Shown here one piece after another: positions 35,205 through 64,000 of a stretch of 64,000 nt of DNA. The notes beneath the pieces are model-generated. The model worked only from the letters and a program-made list of their open reading frames with translations, had not been told where the DNA came from and did not search any database. The position numbers were made by a program, and so were the translations under genes. The stretch lies in assembly GCF_009914755.1 (NCBI RefSeq), contig NC_060936.1; one strand, written 5' to 3'. The stretch's first letter is position 1; each line of letters begins with the position of its first letter. This DNA comes from the human T2T-CHM13v2.0 reference genome, Homo sapiens.

Positions 35205-37148
35205 TGATCCCCCCACCTCGGCCTCCCAAAGTGTTGGGATTACAGGCATGAACCACCGCGCCTGGCCCTGTCTGTGTCTTGCTGTGCTCACTGAGCGGAT
35301 GGCCCCTTCCCTTACTATTCCAGGGGCTGCCCTGCGGAAGCCATCTCCTCTAGAGGTACAGCTATTTCCATAAAAAGATTGACTTGTTTTGGCCCGAAGT
35401 TTGTCTTGAATATCCTGTAGCTGGTTTTAACTCCCCGCTCCCCGCCAAATATTTCTGGAAGACTCAAACCAAATGAAGTTCTACCAGTGGCATTTCAGGC
35501 AGTGTAATGGGCGGCTGTGAAGAAGCTATTCCTGGGCTGGAGCGAGGGGGGTGGTGGGTGGGAGGACAGGGATAGAATGCACTGTCATTGCTACCCCTGG
35601 ACACCTGGGTGGCCACCCACTCCAAAGCCAACCTTTCCAGTCCTCGAGGCCAGTTCTCATCCCCTGCTTCCCCGGTCCCCCCTCTATACCCACCTGTCTT
35701 CTTATCTCCTGATCAGCCCCTAGCCCCCGCCCTGCAAAAGGCAACTGTGTGTGCGTCCATGGGACCATGACTGAGAGACAGGGACCACGCAAAAGGGGGC
35801 ACTGGTGCCTGGTGTTCACTGGGGACGAGGCTGAAGTCACTCCAGCACTCCCTCGTGACCTTCCTGGGCAGTGCCAGCCTGGCCTCTCTGGACAGCAGCT
35901 GCTCAATCACAAACTATTCTTGGAACATCTTCCGGGCACACTGTTTTGACTGGCAGCAAAACAGTTCCCTTGTCCGGTTCAGTCTAGAAATGTGAAGTCT
36001 GACGCCTGTGACTCATGATGCACTGTGCAGACAAGGGGCCACCACCAGAGACTCGGGGAGGGGAGCGGGAAAATGGTGGCGGGGGTGGGAGCAGAAAAGG
36101 AATGGGTTCAAATCTGAAGACAGCCTTCCCAGCAGTTTGATCTAAATGTCAGTGGGCTTCTCTGGGCCTCAGTTCCCTCATCTGAGAAATGGGGATAATT
36201 ATCCCAGCTCTGGGTCCCTGACAGGATGGAAGATACTTTAGTTCAAGTACTCTAAGCTGCCGAAGCCCCTGAACACTCCTTGGCGACTGTGAATTGCTGC
36301 AGGAGGAGGGGTGGGAAAAACCAGTTAACAGTGGGAAGCAGAGCTGAAGAGCCGCCCTGAGCAGACCGCATGGCTAATACTCCCTGGAGGAAGGACGGAA
36401 GAGACCCAGCAGACCAGGTAGGTGCAGGAGGAATGAAGGATGGAAGGACGCTCAGAACCGCCTCAGAAACTGTCATTCCCTGCGCCAGCCCAGGGAAGAT
36501 CTGTCCCTGCCCAGGCCCCTCCCAGCCTCTGGGCTCACAGGCTGCTCTGGTACAGCTTCCAACCAGCAGTAGAGGTGGACAAAGGCGACCAGTGTCCTGC
36601 CTGCACTGGTCAAAAGCCCTTTGTGCCAGTTTGCTCTCCCAGTTATCCCCCAGCAAGTGGGGCTGCCACGGGACTGGTCACCCGCACCCTGTGGCTGGGA
36701 GGTTCTGGTCTCGCTCTCTCGTCTTTCTCTGAGTCTGTCCCTGCCCGGCTCAGAGCCCCACACTTTCCTGAGCAACCAGAAGCCAACCTAAGTGGGGAAG
36801 AGCTCTGAAAACAGGGCCCCAGCGTCCTTTCTGGAACAATCTGGAAAAGAAGGACAGACACCACAGCCTATTCAGGTGTGGGCAGAAGAACTAGTGGAAA
36901 GATTCGTTGGCTAATTCTGATAACTTTCCTCTGGATTTCACCCAATACGAAATTTGCAAAGCCAACTTAATTGTCTGTTTAGAGAAAGGGGCCCAGAGTA
37001 GAAAATTACAGTTAGAAAAACTCGGCTCTGGAAGGAATTTTTAGAATTACATATGACCGTGGGTGCTGGAGGCTCTGAATGCAGTACATTGGAAGTGAAA
37101 GTGAAGGTGCTAGAAAGGCTGATTCTTTTTTTTTTTTTTTTTTTTTAA

Positions 37149-37427
<279 letters not shown>

Positions 37428-37791
37428 TGAAAGGCTAATTCTTAACGACCTGGGAACAAATGGCTGAAGGATGCAGAACACAAGTCTCTTGATCTCCCCC
37501 TCCCTCAGCCCATGCAGAGACTATCTGGGCTCATGAAGCTTCTTGCAGTTTCTCCAGGCCTGAAACTCAAAGCTGTAGCTATCAAAGCATACAAGATAGA
37601 TTCTGCTCATCCTCACATAGGAGTGGGGCTGGCGAGTGAGTTGGAGTTTAAGCAAAGCCAGTCCCATTTCCTACCAAGCACTGCATGAGAAACCCTTCCT
37701 GGGCACTAAGTACTGCAGAGAATCAAGACTGAAGGGCTTCCTCCTCCCAACGTGAGGCTACCGTGGGCACCCCGTATTTCTGTCTATCTAG

Positions 37792-38106
<315 letters not shown>

Positions 38107-38271
38107 TGAAGTCAGGAGTTAGAGACCAGCCTGGCCAACATGGTGAAACTCCGTCTCTACTAAAATTACAAAACTTAGCCGGGCGTAGAGGCAGATGCCT
38201 CTAATCCCAGCTACTCGGGAGGCTGAGACAGGAGAGAACTGCTTGAACCCGGGAGGTGGAGGCTGCAGTGA

Positions 38272-39004
<733 letters not shown>

Positions 39005-39525
39005 TAATTTTTGTAGTTTTAGTAGAAATGAGGTTTCACCATGTTGGCCAGGTTGGTCTTGAACTTCTGACCTCATGATCCACCCACCTAGACCTCCCAA
39101 AGTGCTGGGATTACAGGCGTGAGCTACTGCGCCTGGCCTCCAAATTCGTTTTCTTAGGTTACTTTGAGTTGAGTTTCAATTGCAAATGGAAGGTTACTAC
39201 TGAATCCATGATCTAAATGGTGTTGGGATCTAGAGGAAGCTTTTCTGGTGCCATGCGTCTTCCCTAGGAAATGTTTATCTCTAACCAGAACTGGGGCCAC
39301 ACTCCCTCCCCAGTGCATCAGGGACCTGGGGCCAAACTCCTAAGCAGCCTGAATGAAGCTGGAAGGGAGTCGTGCACCAGCCTGTACTCTCTAGCAATAT
39401 CCGGCTAATTTTAAATTTTTTTGTAGAGACAGAGTCTCACTACGTGGCCCAGGTTGGTCTCAAACTCCTGGCCTCAAGTGATCCTTCTGCCTTGGCCTTT
39501 CAGAGTGCTGGGATTACAGATGTGA

Positions 39526-39984
<459 letters not shown>

Positions 39985-40214
39985 TAAAGGTTGGGGTATA
40001 TGGGTAACACTCCACTTCCTCTCCCTACACGATCCGACTGGCTTTCCAACCCACACGCCCTGTTTTCACAAAGTTTCTTGTGGGTTTTGGAGGAAAGAAC
40101 TGAAACCTCTTCTGTACTAAGCCTTGGATAGAACTGGAAGGCAGGCCCAGAGCCTGGAAGACCGTCTCAGGGGAGAGAATGCAGCTCCAACACTGCAAGC
40201 ACAAGGCTGTCTTG

Positions 40215-40430
40215 CAGAGAGCTCACAGTGTGGGCTCTGGGGCCAGGCTACCTGGGTTTGAGCCCTGGTTCTGCCTCTTATTAGCTGAATGACCCTAGGC
40301 AGGTGCCTCTGTTTCCTTAACTATAAAATGGGAATGATGATGCTTCCACCCCACAACACCATGCTGAGGACTCAATGAGATATTCTGTGGGAACAGGACC
40401 CAGCACGTGTTAGCTTCTTAGTAGATACTG
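40215..40430 (+). mobile_element. MIR
   Basis: ggctctggggccaggctacctgggtttgagccctggttctgcc...gtttccttaactataaaatgggaatgatg. Confidence 0.75.
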
Positions 40431-41146
40431 TCTAACAAAACCAGAGGTGTTAACCCTTTATCTGAAGAGTCTTAGAGGTCCATGAACCTCCTGAAATTGT
40501 TCACAAATTTTACAGATTTCTCTGGGGGAAATTTCAGGAGGTTTTATCACAACCTCAAAGGAATCTGTTGATGCCAAGAACCACTGAAGTAGCTTAAAGT
40601 CTAGTTGAGGGCAGGGACTAGGTCACTCTTTTTTGCGGGGTTCTCCTGCAGCAACCAAGGCCTGACTCTGCATGCGTTATGCAGTAACCCCTGCTTAATG
40701 GACAGAGGGCTACATGGATGAGTCATCAGAGAACTGCATAGATGGGGTGGACCCAGGGCCACCTGACATCTCAGAGCTGAGGTCTCAAGCTTCAGATGCA
40801 CAACCCACCCCTACCTCGCTACCCTTATTTCCTGTCCTCAAAGGCCCAGAGATGCACCCCACCCCCATGAAACACACTCCAGCAAGCTCCTGAGTATCAG
40901 CCACTGGCCCAAGCCTCTCCCCTCTCGCCTCCCGCACTCCCCAAACCTCTCTGCCCAGAGACCCCCAGGAGGGACTCAGCATTCAGGAAGGGAGATGAAC
41001 TCAAAGTCGGGGGCCAGGCCAGACGTCTCAGCAGGATGTGGTTAGTCACAAGCCTGGCCCTGGGAGCAGGTGCCAAGGAGGAAAAGTCAAAGGACACGTG
41101 AACCGCCAGGTCAGCCGAGCGCAGAAGCTGGCAGCGCATCACTTAC

Positions 41147-41239
41147 AGTCGCTTGATGCCCGACTCCGGCTGGGGGGACGTCCTCGGGTGGGCGATGGGT
41201 GGGGGTTGGGGTATTCGGTTTTCCTCTTCCATTTCTTCA
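41147..41239 (-). CDS. RILPL1: RILPL1 exon 6 (93 nt): (S)EEMEEENRIPQPPPIAHPRTSPQPESGIKR(L)
   Basis: Acceptor ccttccag|T and donor CT|GTAAGT. Phase 2 at both ends, which fits exons 5 and 7. Confidence 0.95.
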
Positions 41240-41617
41240 CTGGAAGGAGATGAGAGGCGTGAGATAAAAGAGTCAAAAGTTCCTTGAGAACTGGAACATT
41301 CCAGAAGAGAAGTGTCTGATGGTCTGAGAGGGTGCATGCTTTTTAGGGGACCCGCATCTGTATTTCCAGTTTATTCTGAAGAGTCCAGCCAAATAGAACC
41401 ACTCCCCGTTTCCTGTCCTTACACAGGCTTCCCTGTCGCTACACCTCTGTGGTTTCTTCTACCCAGAATATACCTGTCACTCCTCAACATCTCCCATATC
41501 TAAATACTACCCTATCCTTTCAGGAAGGCCCAGTTCAAATGCTGCTTCCTCCAGGAGGCCTTCCGATTTCCACCCCATCCACAAACTCGAAGAAGTGATC
41601 TCTCCCACTCTCCCATC

Positions 41618-49520
<7,903 letters not shown>

Positions 49521-49604
49521 AAAATAGAAAGAGCCTTGTCTCCTGGTGATCACACTGCAATGACAGTGACACAGCTTAGAAAGAACTGCATGGCAATGAT
49601 GAGA

Positions 49605-50535
49605 TGTGGGGAAAGGAACAGAGATCAGATTGTTACTGTGTCTGTGTAGAAAGAAGTAGACATAGGAGACTCCATTTTGTTCTGTACTAAGAAAAATTCT
49701 TCTGCCTTGAGATTCTGTTAATCTATGACTTACCCCCAACCCCGTGCTCTCTGAAACATGTGCTGTGTCCACTCAGGGTTAAATGGATTAAGGGCGGTGC
49801 AAGATGTGCTTTGTTAAACAGATGCTTGAAGGCAGCATGCTCCCAGAGACACAAACACTGCGGAAGGCCACAGGGACTTCTGCCTAGGAAAGCCACGTAT
49901 TGTCCAAGGTTTCTCCCCATGTGATAGTCTGAAATATGGCCTCATGGGAAGGGAAAGACCTGACCGTCCCCCAGCCCGACACCTGTAAAGGGTCTGTGCT
50001 GAGGAGGATTAGTAAAAGAGGAAGGCATGCCTCTTGCAGTTGAGACAAGAGGAAGGCATCTGTCTCCTGCCTGTCCCTGGGCAATGGAATGTCTCGGTAT
50101 AAAACCCGATTGTACGTTCCATCTACTGAGATAGGGAAAAACCGCCTTAAGGCTGGAGGTGGGACATGCGGGCAGCAATACTGCTTTGTAAAGCATTGAG
50201 ATGTTTATGTGTATGCATATCTAAAAGCACAGCACTTGATTCTTTACCTTGTCTATGATGCAAAGACCTTTGTTCACGTGTTTGTCTGCTGACCCTCTCC
50301 CCACTATTGTCTTGTGACCCTGACACATCCCCCTCTCGGAGAAACACCCACGAATGATCAATAAATACTAAAGGAACTCAGAGGCTGGCGGGATCCTCCA
50401 TATGCTGAACACTGGTTCCCTGGGTCCCCTTATTTCTTTCTCTATACTTTGTCTCTGTGTCTTTTTCTTTTCCAAGTCTCTCGTTCCACCTTATGAGAAA
50501 CACCCACAGGTGTGGAGGGGCAACCCACCCCTTCA
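49605..50535 (+). mobile_element. HERV-K (HML-2) solo LTR, LTR5_Hs-like, 931 bp, antisense to RILPL1 in intron 4
   Basis: TGTGGGGAAA...CCCCTTCA termini and 6-bp TSD ATGAGA (49599-49604, 50536-50541). TATAAAA 50098-50104, AATAAA 50360-50365. Typical HML-2 U3 sequence (agatcagattgttactgtgtctgtgtagaaagaagtagacataggagactcc). Confidence 0.93.
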
Positions 50536-50685
50536 ATGAGACAGATTCCTTTCTAGCTCTGCAACCCTCCATAGCTCTCATGTCCTCCAAATCCTGCCCT
50601 GGGACAAACCCCTGACCCCAGCCACATGCTGCACGTTCTCCGGCCTAGCTCACTGTTCCCTCTGCCTGGAATGGCCTGTCCATAG

Positions 50686-55392
<4,707 letters not shown>

Positions 55393-55497
55393 CCATTTTC
55401 TGAAGTATAATGGGGAAAACAAGGCAACCCTGCCTGCCTTAAGCCAACCCCCAGACTGACCCTCTGCTACCACCTCTGCACCCAGCTTCCTGCTCAC

Positions 55498-55719
55498 CTC
55501 AGGCTCCTCCTCCCCATTCTGGCTGTGCTCCCCCTGCAGCCTCTCTCGCAACTTCCCCAGCTCTGCTCGCAGGCTGCCCATCTCCTGCTCCTTGGTCTGC
55601 AGGTCTGCCTCCAGCTCCACCTTCTGTTCGATCAGGGCTTTCCCCTGGGCCTCCACCACCGTGACCCGGTGCCGAAGGTCATGGTTGATCTTCATCAGCC
55701 GTGTCTGCTGCTGCTGTAA
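55498..55719 (-). CDS. RILPL1: RILPL1 exon 4 (222 nt): LQQQQTRLMKINHDLRHRV...QNGEEEPE
   Basis: Acceptor ctacag|TTA and donor GAG|GTGAGC. Phase 0 at both ends, 74 codons, in frame with neighbours. Confidence 0.95.
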
Positions 55720-55744
55720 CTGTAGAAAAAGGGAGACCATTGTG

Positions 55745-56045
55745 CGGGGCTGCCACCTGCGGTAGCTCAGGTTGTACACTGCACAACGGCAAACCATCCA
55801 TAGGTGTGCCATTTACATTGCAGACATCTTTGTTTGAAAGTTGTTCGTATTCTTATAGCTGATGATGCTAGAGATGGGCAATTTGTGTATTTTCTATGAT
55901 AATTTTATGGCAGATGGAAGGGTGTCTTGCTAGAATTAATACATTATGAAAATTTCCCAACAAATGGAAGTAACATGCCTTCAGAAAGGGGCATTTTTTT
56001 CTGATTTACACAGAGACACTGTATGGGTTCCTGGAGCACGCTGGA
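55745..56045 (+). mobile_element. MER91-like hAT relic abutting the RILPL1 exon 4 acceptor region
   Basis: ggggctgcca...caggttgtacactgcacaac resembles the MER91 terminus. Family tentative. Confidence 0.45.
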
Positions 56046-56371
56046 CCCTGCTAAGTCTGCTCACAGAGAGGCATGAAGTGGTGGGGCTGGAGGAGGCCTT
56101 GGGGTCAGAGCAAAGTCTGCCCAGGCCTCGGGACCTTCCCAGGAGGCGGGAGGAGCCTGCTCACCGGGCAGTGCCACGTTTCCTCCTGCTCTGCCAGTGA
56201 AGACTTGAAGTTTCCAGGCTGGGCCCGCCAAGCCATGAGCAGGATCCACACCCCACGGAGCCCCAAGAATGAGAGTGAGGGAGAGAAGGGGCCTGCTGAG
56301 TGGAGGGTCTGGTCTCTGGCTGGCACCTACTGGCTGGGAGGGTGGACACAGGTCAGGGGTGTGTCACTCAC

Positions 56372-56490
56372 AGCCTCAACGTCCTCATTTTTCAGGCCCA
56401 GCTCCCTGTCCTTGGCGCGGATCTCGTCGCGTTGTTTGTCCACCACCTCCTTCAGCTTCTTCATCACCTGTCGCTCCCGCTCTGACATGC
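56372..56490 (-). CDS. RILPL1: RILP-like protein 1, exon 3 (119 nt): (G)MSERERQVMKKLKEVVDKQRDEIRAKDRELGLKNEDVEA
   Basis: Acceptor cccag|GC and donor GCT|GTGAGT on the - strand. Coiled-coil sequence recognised as RILPL1. Exons 1-2 lie beyond the window. Confidence 0.95.
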
Positions 56491-56823
56491 CTGGGTGGGC
56501 AAGTGAGACCGGCAGGTGAGCCCGCCTTACTCCTATGTTGAAATCATCCACCACTTCTGCTGAGGATGAAACTGAGGTCTTAGTGGCCCCCCGGCCTCCT
56601 CCCCAGCCTCATCCTCTCCACTCTCCACTCACGCCCTTCGCCCTCCCCGGTGCCTGCTTTCTATTCCTTGATTCCCCCCGAGGTCATTCCCACCTTGAGG
56701 CCTCTTCCTTGCCCATCAGTCCCTTCCTTCTCATCTCCCTGTGGCTGGCGCGCTTCATTTTTCAGGCCTCAGCCCAAATGTCACCTCTTCACAGAGGCCT
56801 CCCTTCCTCTGACCACTCAGTGA

Positions 56824-57013
<190 letters not shown>

Positions 57014-57727
57014 TAGCTGGGACTACAGGGCCCACCACCACGCCCGGCTAAATTTTTGTATTTTTAGTAGAGACGGGGTTTCACCGTGTTAGCCAGGATG
57101 GTCTCGATCTCCTGACCTCGTGATCCGCCCGCCTCGGCCTCCCAAAGTGCTGGGGTTACAGGCGTGAGCCACCGCGCCCGGCCTCATGTATTACCTTTAT
57201 GGCACTTTTTACAGTTCCTATGTGTCCCTTTCTTTTTTTTTTTTTTTTTTTTTTGAGACAGATTCTCACTCTGTTGCCCAGGCTGGAGTGTAGTGGTACA
57301 ATCTTGGCTTTCTGCAACCTCTGCCTCCTAGGCTCAAGTGATCTTCCCACCTCAGCCTCCCAAGTAGCTCGAGGCAACAGACATGTGCTACCTCGCCTGG
57401 CTAATTTTTGTATTTTTAGTAGAGACAGGGTTTTGCCATGTTGACCAGGCTGGTCTCAAACTCCTGACTTCAAGTGATCCGCCCACCTCGGCCTCCCGAA
57501 GTGCTGGGATTACAGGCGTGAGCCACCGCACCCAGCCTCTTACATTCTTTTATCTGACGAAAGATGACGCTGCACAGTGATTCAGGCTGGGCTCAAGCTC
57601 AGACACTGGCTCTCCTATTTATCAGCAGTTTGGTTTGGAGCTAGCCTCTTTATGCCTCAGTTTCCACCCTATAAAGTAGGGTGATAACAGTCCCCGCAAC
57701 TCATAGGGCTGTTGTGAGGATTGATTA

Positions 57728-59458
<1,731 letters not shown>

Positions 59459-59674
59459 GTTAATACACACAGAGCCCTGAAGATGGTGCCTGGCACACCG
59501 CAGGCGGGTGAGGCCCACCCCTCATCCCTAACCCTAACTAGACTGTCAGCCACAGGAGGGCAAGGCCCTATCTGCCCTAGTCACTGTTACATTCCCTGGG
59601 CCCCATATGGTGCCTGGCACACCGCAGGTGCCCATTAAGTTATTGTTGAATTAATGACCTGTGAGGATGGGTGC

Positions 59675-61085
<1,411 letters not shown>

Positions 61086-61989
61086 CGTAGGTGCTGGGGC
61101 TGCCAGTGCACACCTGCTCCGTGAAGCCTGGGCTGGCCTGCAATGGCCAGGCTCAATCCGAGGTGAACAAGGGGGAAACGTCCCTCCTTAGCCCCCGGGA
61201 CTCAGGACATGCAGCCAGATCTAATCCCATGAGGAGAAAGCACAGAGGCAACCCCTCAGCTATTTCTTTGGCATGACTTTCCCCCCCGGGTGCGCCATTG
61301 CATCAGAGTCCTTGCCGCTGACCTCCTCTCTCTTGTCTTGGTGGTCACCACCATGAACAAGCATCCCTGGTGTGTTTCCAGAACAGCAGGCGACGATGCC
61401 AGTGCCACAAAGCCAGGTAAGGCCTGGGTCCTGAGCTTGAGCTTGGGATTTTATATGATCGTCCTAGAGGCATCAGCCTGTCTCATTCGTCTCTGTATTC
61501 CAGGGCCCCACACATGACAGATGCCTGAGGCTGGCCAGTGAACGGGAACTGGTTCTTCTTCTGCACTCCCAAAGGGCAACGTACTCCTGCCAAGCCCAGG
61601 AAGGATAAACTGCTTTACACCCTGGACCTTATTTCATTCTCATTCCCAACCACTGGAAATAGGTCTTATTATCATTACTGTTGTTTCTAACATCAGTCTC
61701 ATTTTACATATATGAAAAACTGAGGCCCAGAGATATTTTTTTTTCTCAAAGTCTTACAGCCAAAAACTCAAGCCCAGGTTTTCTGACTCCAGATCCCGTG
61801 TCTTCTCCATGATACCAAGCTGCCTTGTCACCAGGGCACGAGATGCAAAAGGCTCTCTTAAGGTCACCAGAGTGTGTCACCACGGGGCAGACTCTAGTCC
61901 CCACTTTCTCCCAGACAGAGCCACCTTCTGGGGGTGCCCTCACATATTTTTGCATATGTGTACCCCCATCAGAATGTTCACCCATCAAG

Positions 61990-62885
<896 letters not shown>

Positions 62886-64000
62886 CAAGTGTTTATTGAG
62901 CACCTTCTGTGTACATGACACCGAACTAGTCATGAGGGTCAGCGTGGTGAATAAATGAAACCTGATTCTGCTCTCACTGGTTTACAGATGTCAGACAGGC
63001 ACGTGCCATTACAGACCAAGTTGAGTGCCGTGACGGATGTGACAGGGGCTGAGAAAAGTGACCAGGGAGACCCCATGCAGACCATGGGTGCAGGGCAGGC
63101 CTCTCAGGGCAGGGGTCATTTCCGCTGAGACCAGAGGCCACAGAGGAAAGGAGGCCTGGTGGCAAGGACAGCGCAGCACAGGCGGCAGTGAGTGCAAAGG
63201 CCCTGGGGGAGGGGCTGCATCGGGGGATGAGGGCAATGCGGGCTGAGGCGCAGAGGCCATGGGGGTGATGCACGCATGAGCTAAAACAAGCCCAGGCCAC
63301 ACAGTGCCTTAAGGCGTGGGTCAGGGGTTGGATTATCCCCTGCAGGGACAACAGGAGCCTCAGGGTCTCAACATGTAGGGGCTGTGCAAGGCAGGAGGGT
63401 CAGGCAGAGGAGACCAGGAAGGGGCAGCCAGAGAGGACAGACTTCCAGACTTCCAGCAGGGGTGGGCGTCCTCTGTATGCACATGACATGGCTGGAGGGA
63501 AAGGACCCTGCAGTGCAGGGAATTATGGGAAGTGTGGACAGGGCACCAAGGCACTGGGAGGCCCCGGAGAGCGGTACAGAAAGCTGAGCTCCACCACCTG
63601 CTGCCATCGAGCCTCACGGCTTATGACTTCTGAAGTGACGCTCACCTCTCTGAGCCTCTATTCACTCATCTGCAAAATGGGCACGTGAATTATTTTTCCA
63701 TTCTCCACCTTTCTGATGATGCTGTTCATGTAAAGTACATATAGTAGAAAGCTACACAAAGCCATGAAACTGGATGGTGCATCCTCCCACCGATGGCCAT
63801 GGGGGGCATGAGTGCAGCCCTTCAAGCTGAATGACCACTCGGGTTTCTTCTAGTACCTCCTGGGTCCTGCTCAGCTCTGAGGCAGAGAGCTCCACAAAAG
63901 CCCTAAGACCCCACAGAGACGTCAGCCCTGGCTGGTGTGCAGAGGCAGGGATGAAAAGAAGGGGCAAGAATCCATTTAGCCACCAGAATGGCTAAAATGA

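Overview
Human (primate) genomic DNA. The two genes place it at the SNRNP35-RILPL1 locus (chr12q24.31, from memory). On the + strand is the complete SNRNP35 gene (U11/U12 minor-spliceosome 35K protein): a CpG-island promoter with a non-coding exon 1 ending at 15115, a candidate alternative first exon ending at 16803, and the whole 246-aa CDS in one exon (22444-23184). On the - strand, convergent with it, are the last five coding exons of RILPL1 (exons 3-7, spliced by hand and in frame), including a GC-AG intron and a ~2.5 kb Alu-containing 3'UTR. By eye roughly half the window is Alu. It also holds L1/L2/MIR/MER/MLT relics, a HERV-K(HML-2) solo LTR with a 6-bp TSD, and a ~2.7 kb AT-rich tandem array. 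Almost all entries in the ORF track are repeat or antisense artefacts. I see no prokaryote-style novel system. The best leads are RNA-processing ones. (1) A perfect U12-type 5' splice site (GTATCCTTTT) lies just downstream of a U2-type 3' splice site and 85 nt upstream of the SNRNP35 coding exon, reminiscent of U11 feedback elements. (2) An 88-nt RILPL1 cassette exon missed by the ORF track swaps the C-terminus for a hydrophobic tail ending -SLV*, a class I PDZ-ligand pattern. (3) An exon 3-4 circle could encode a 121-aa peptide. (4) The RILPL1 3'UTR has inverted Alus and possible antisense overlap. Repeat boundaries and subfamily names are by-eye estimates.
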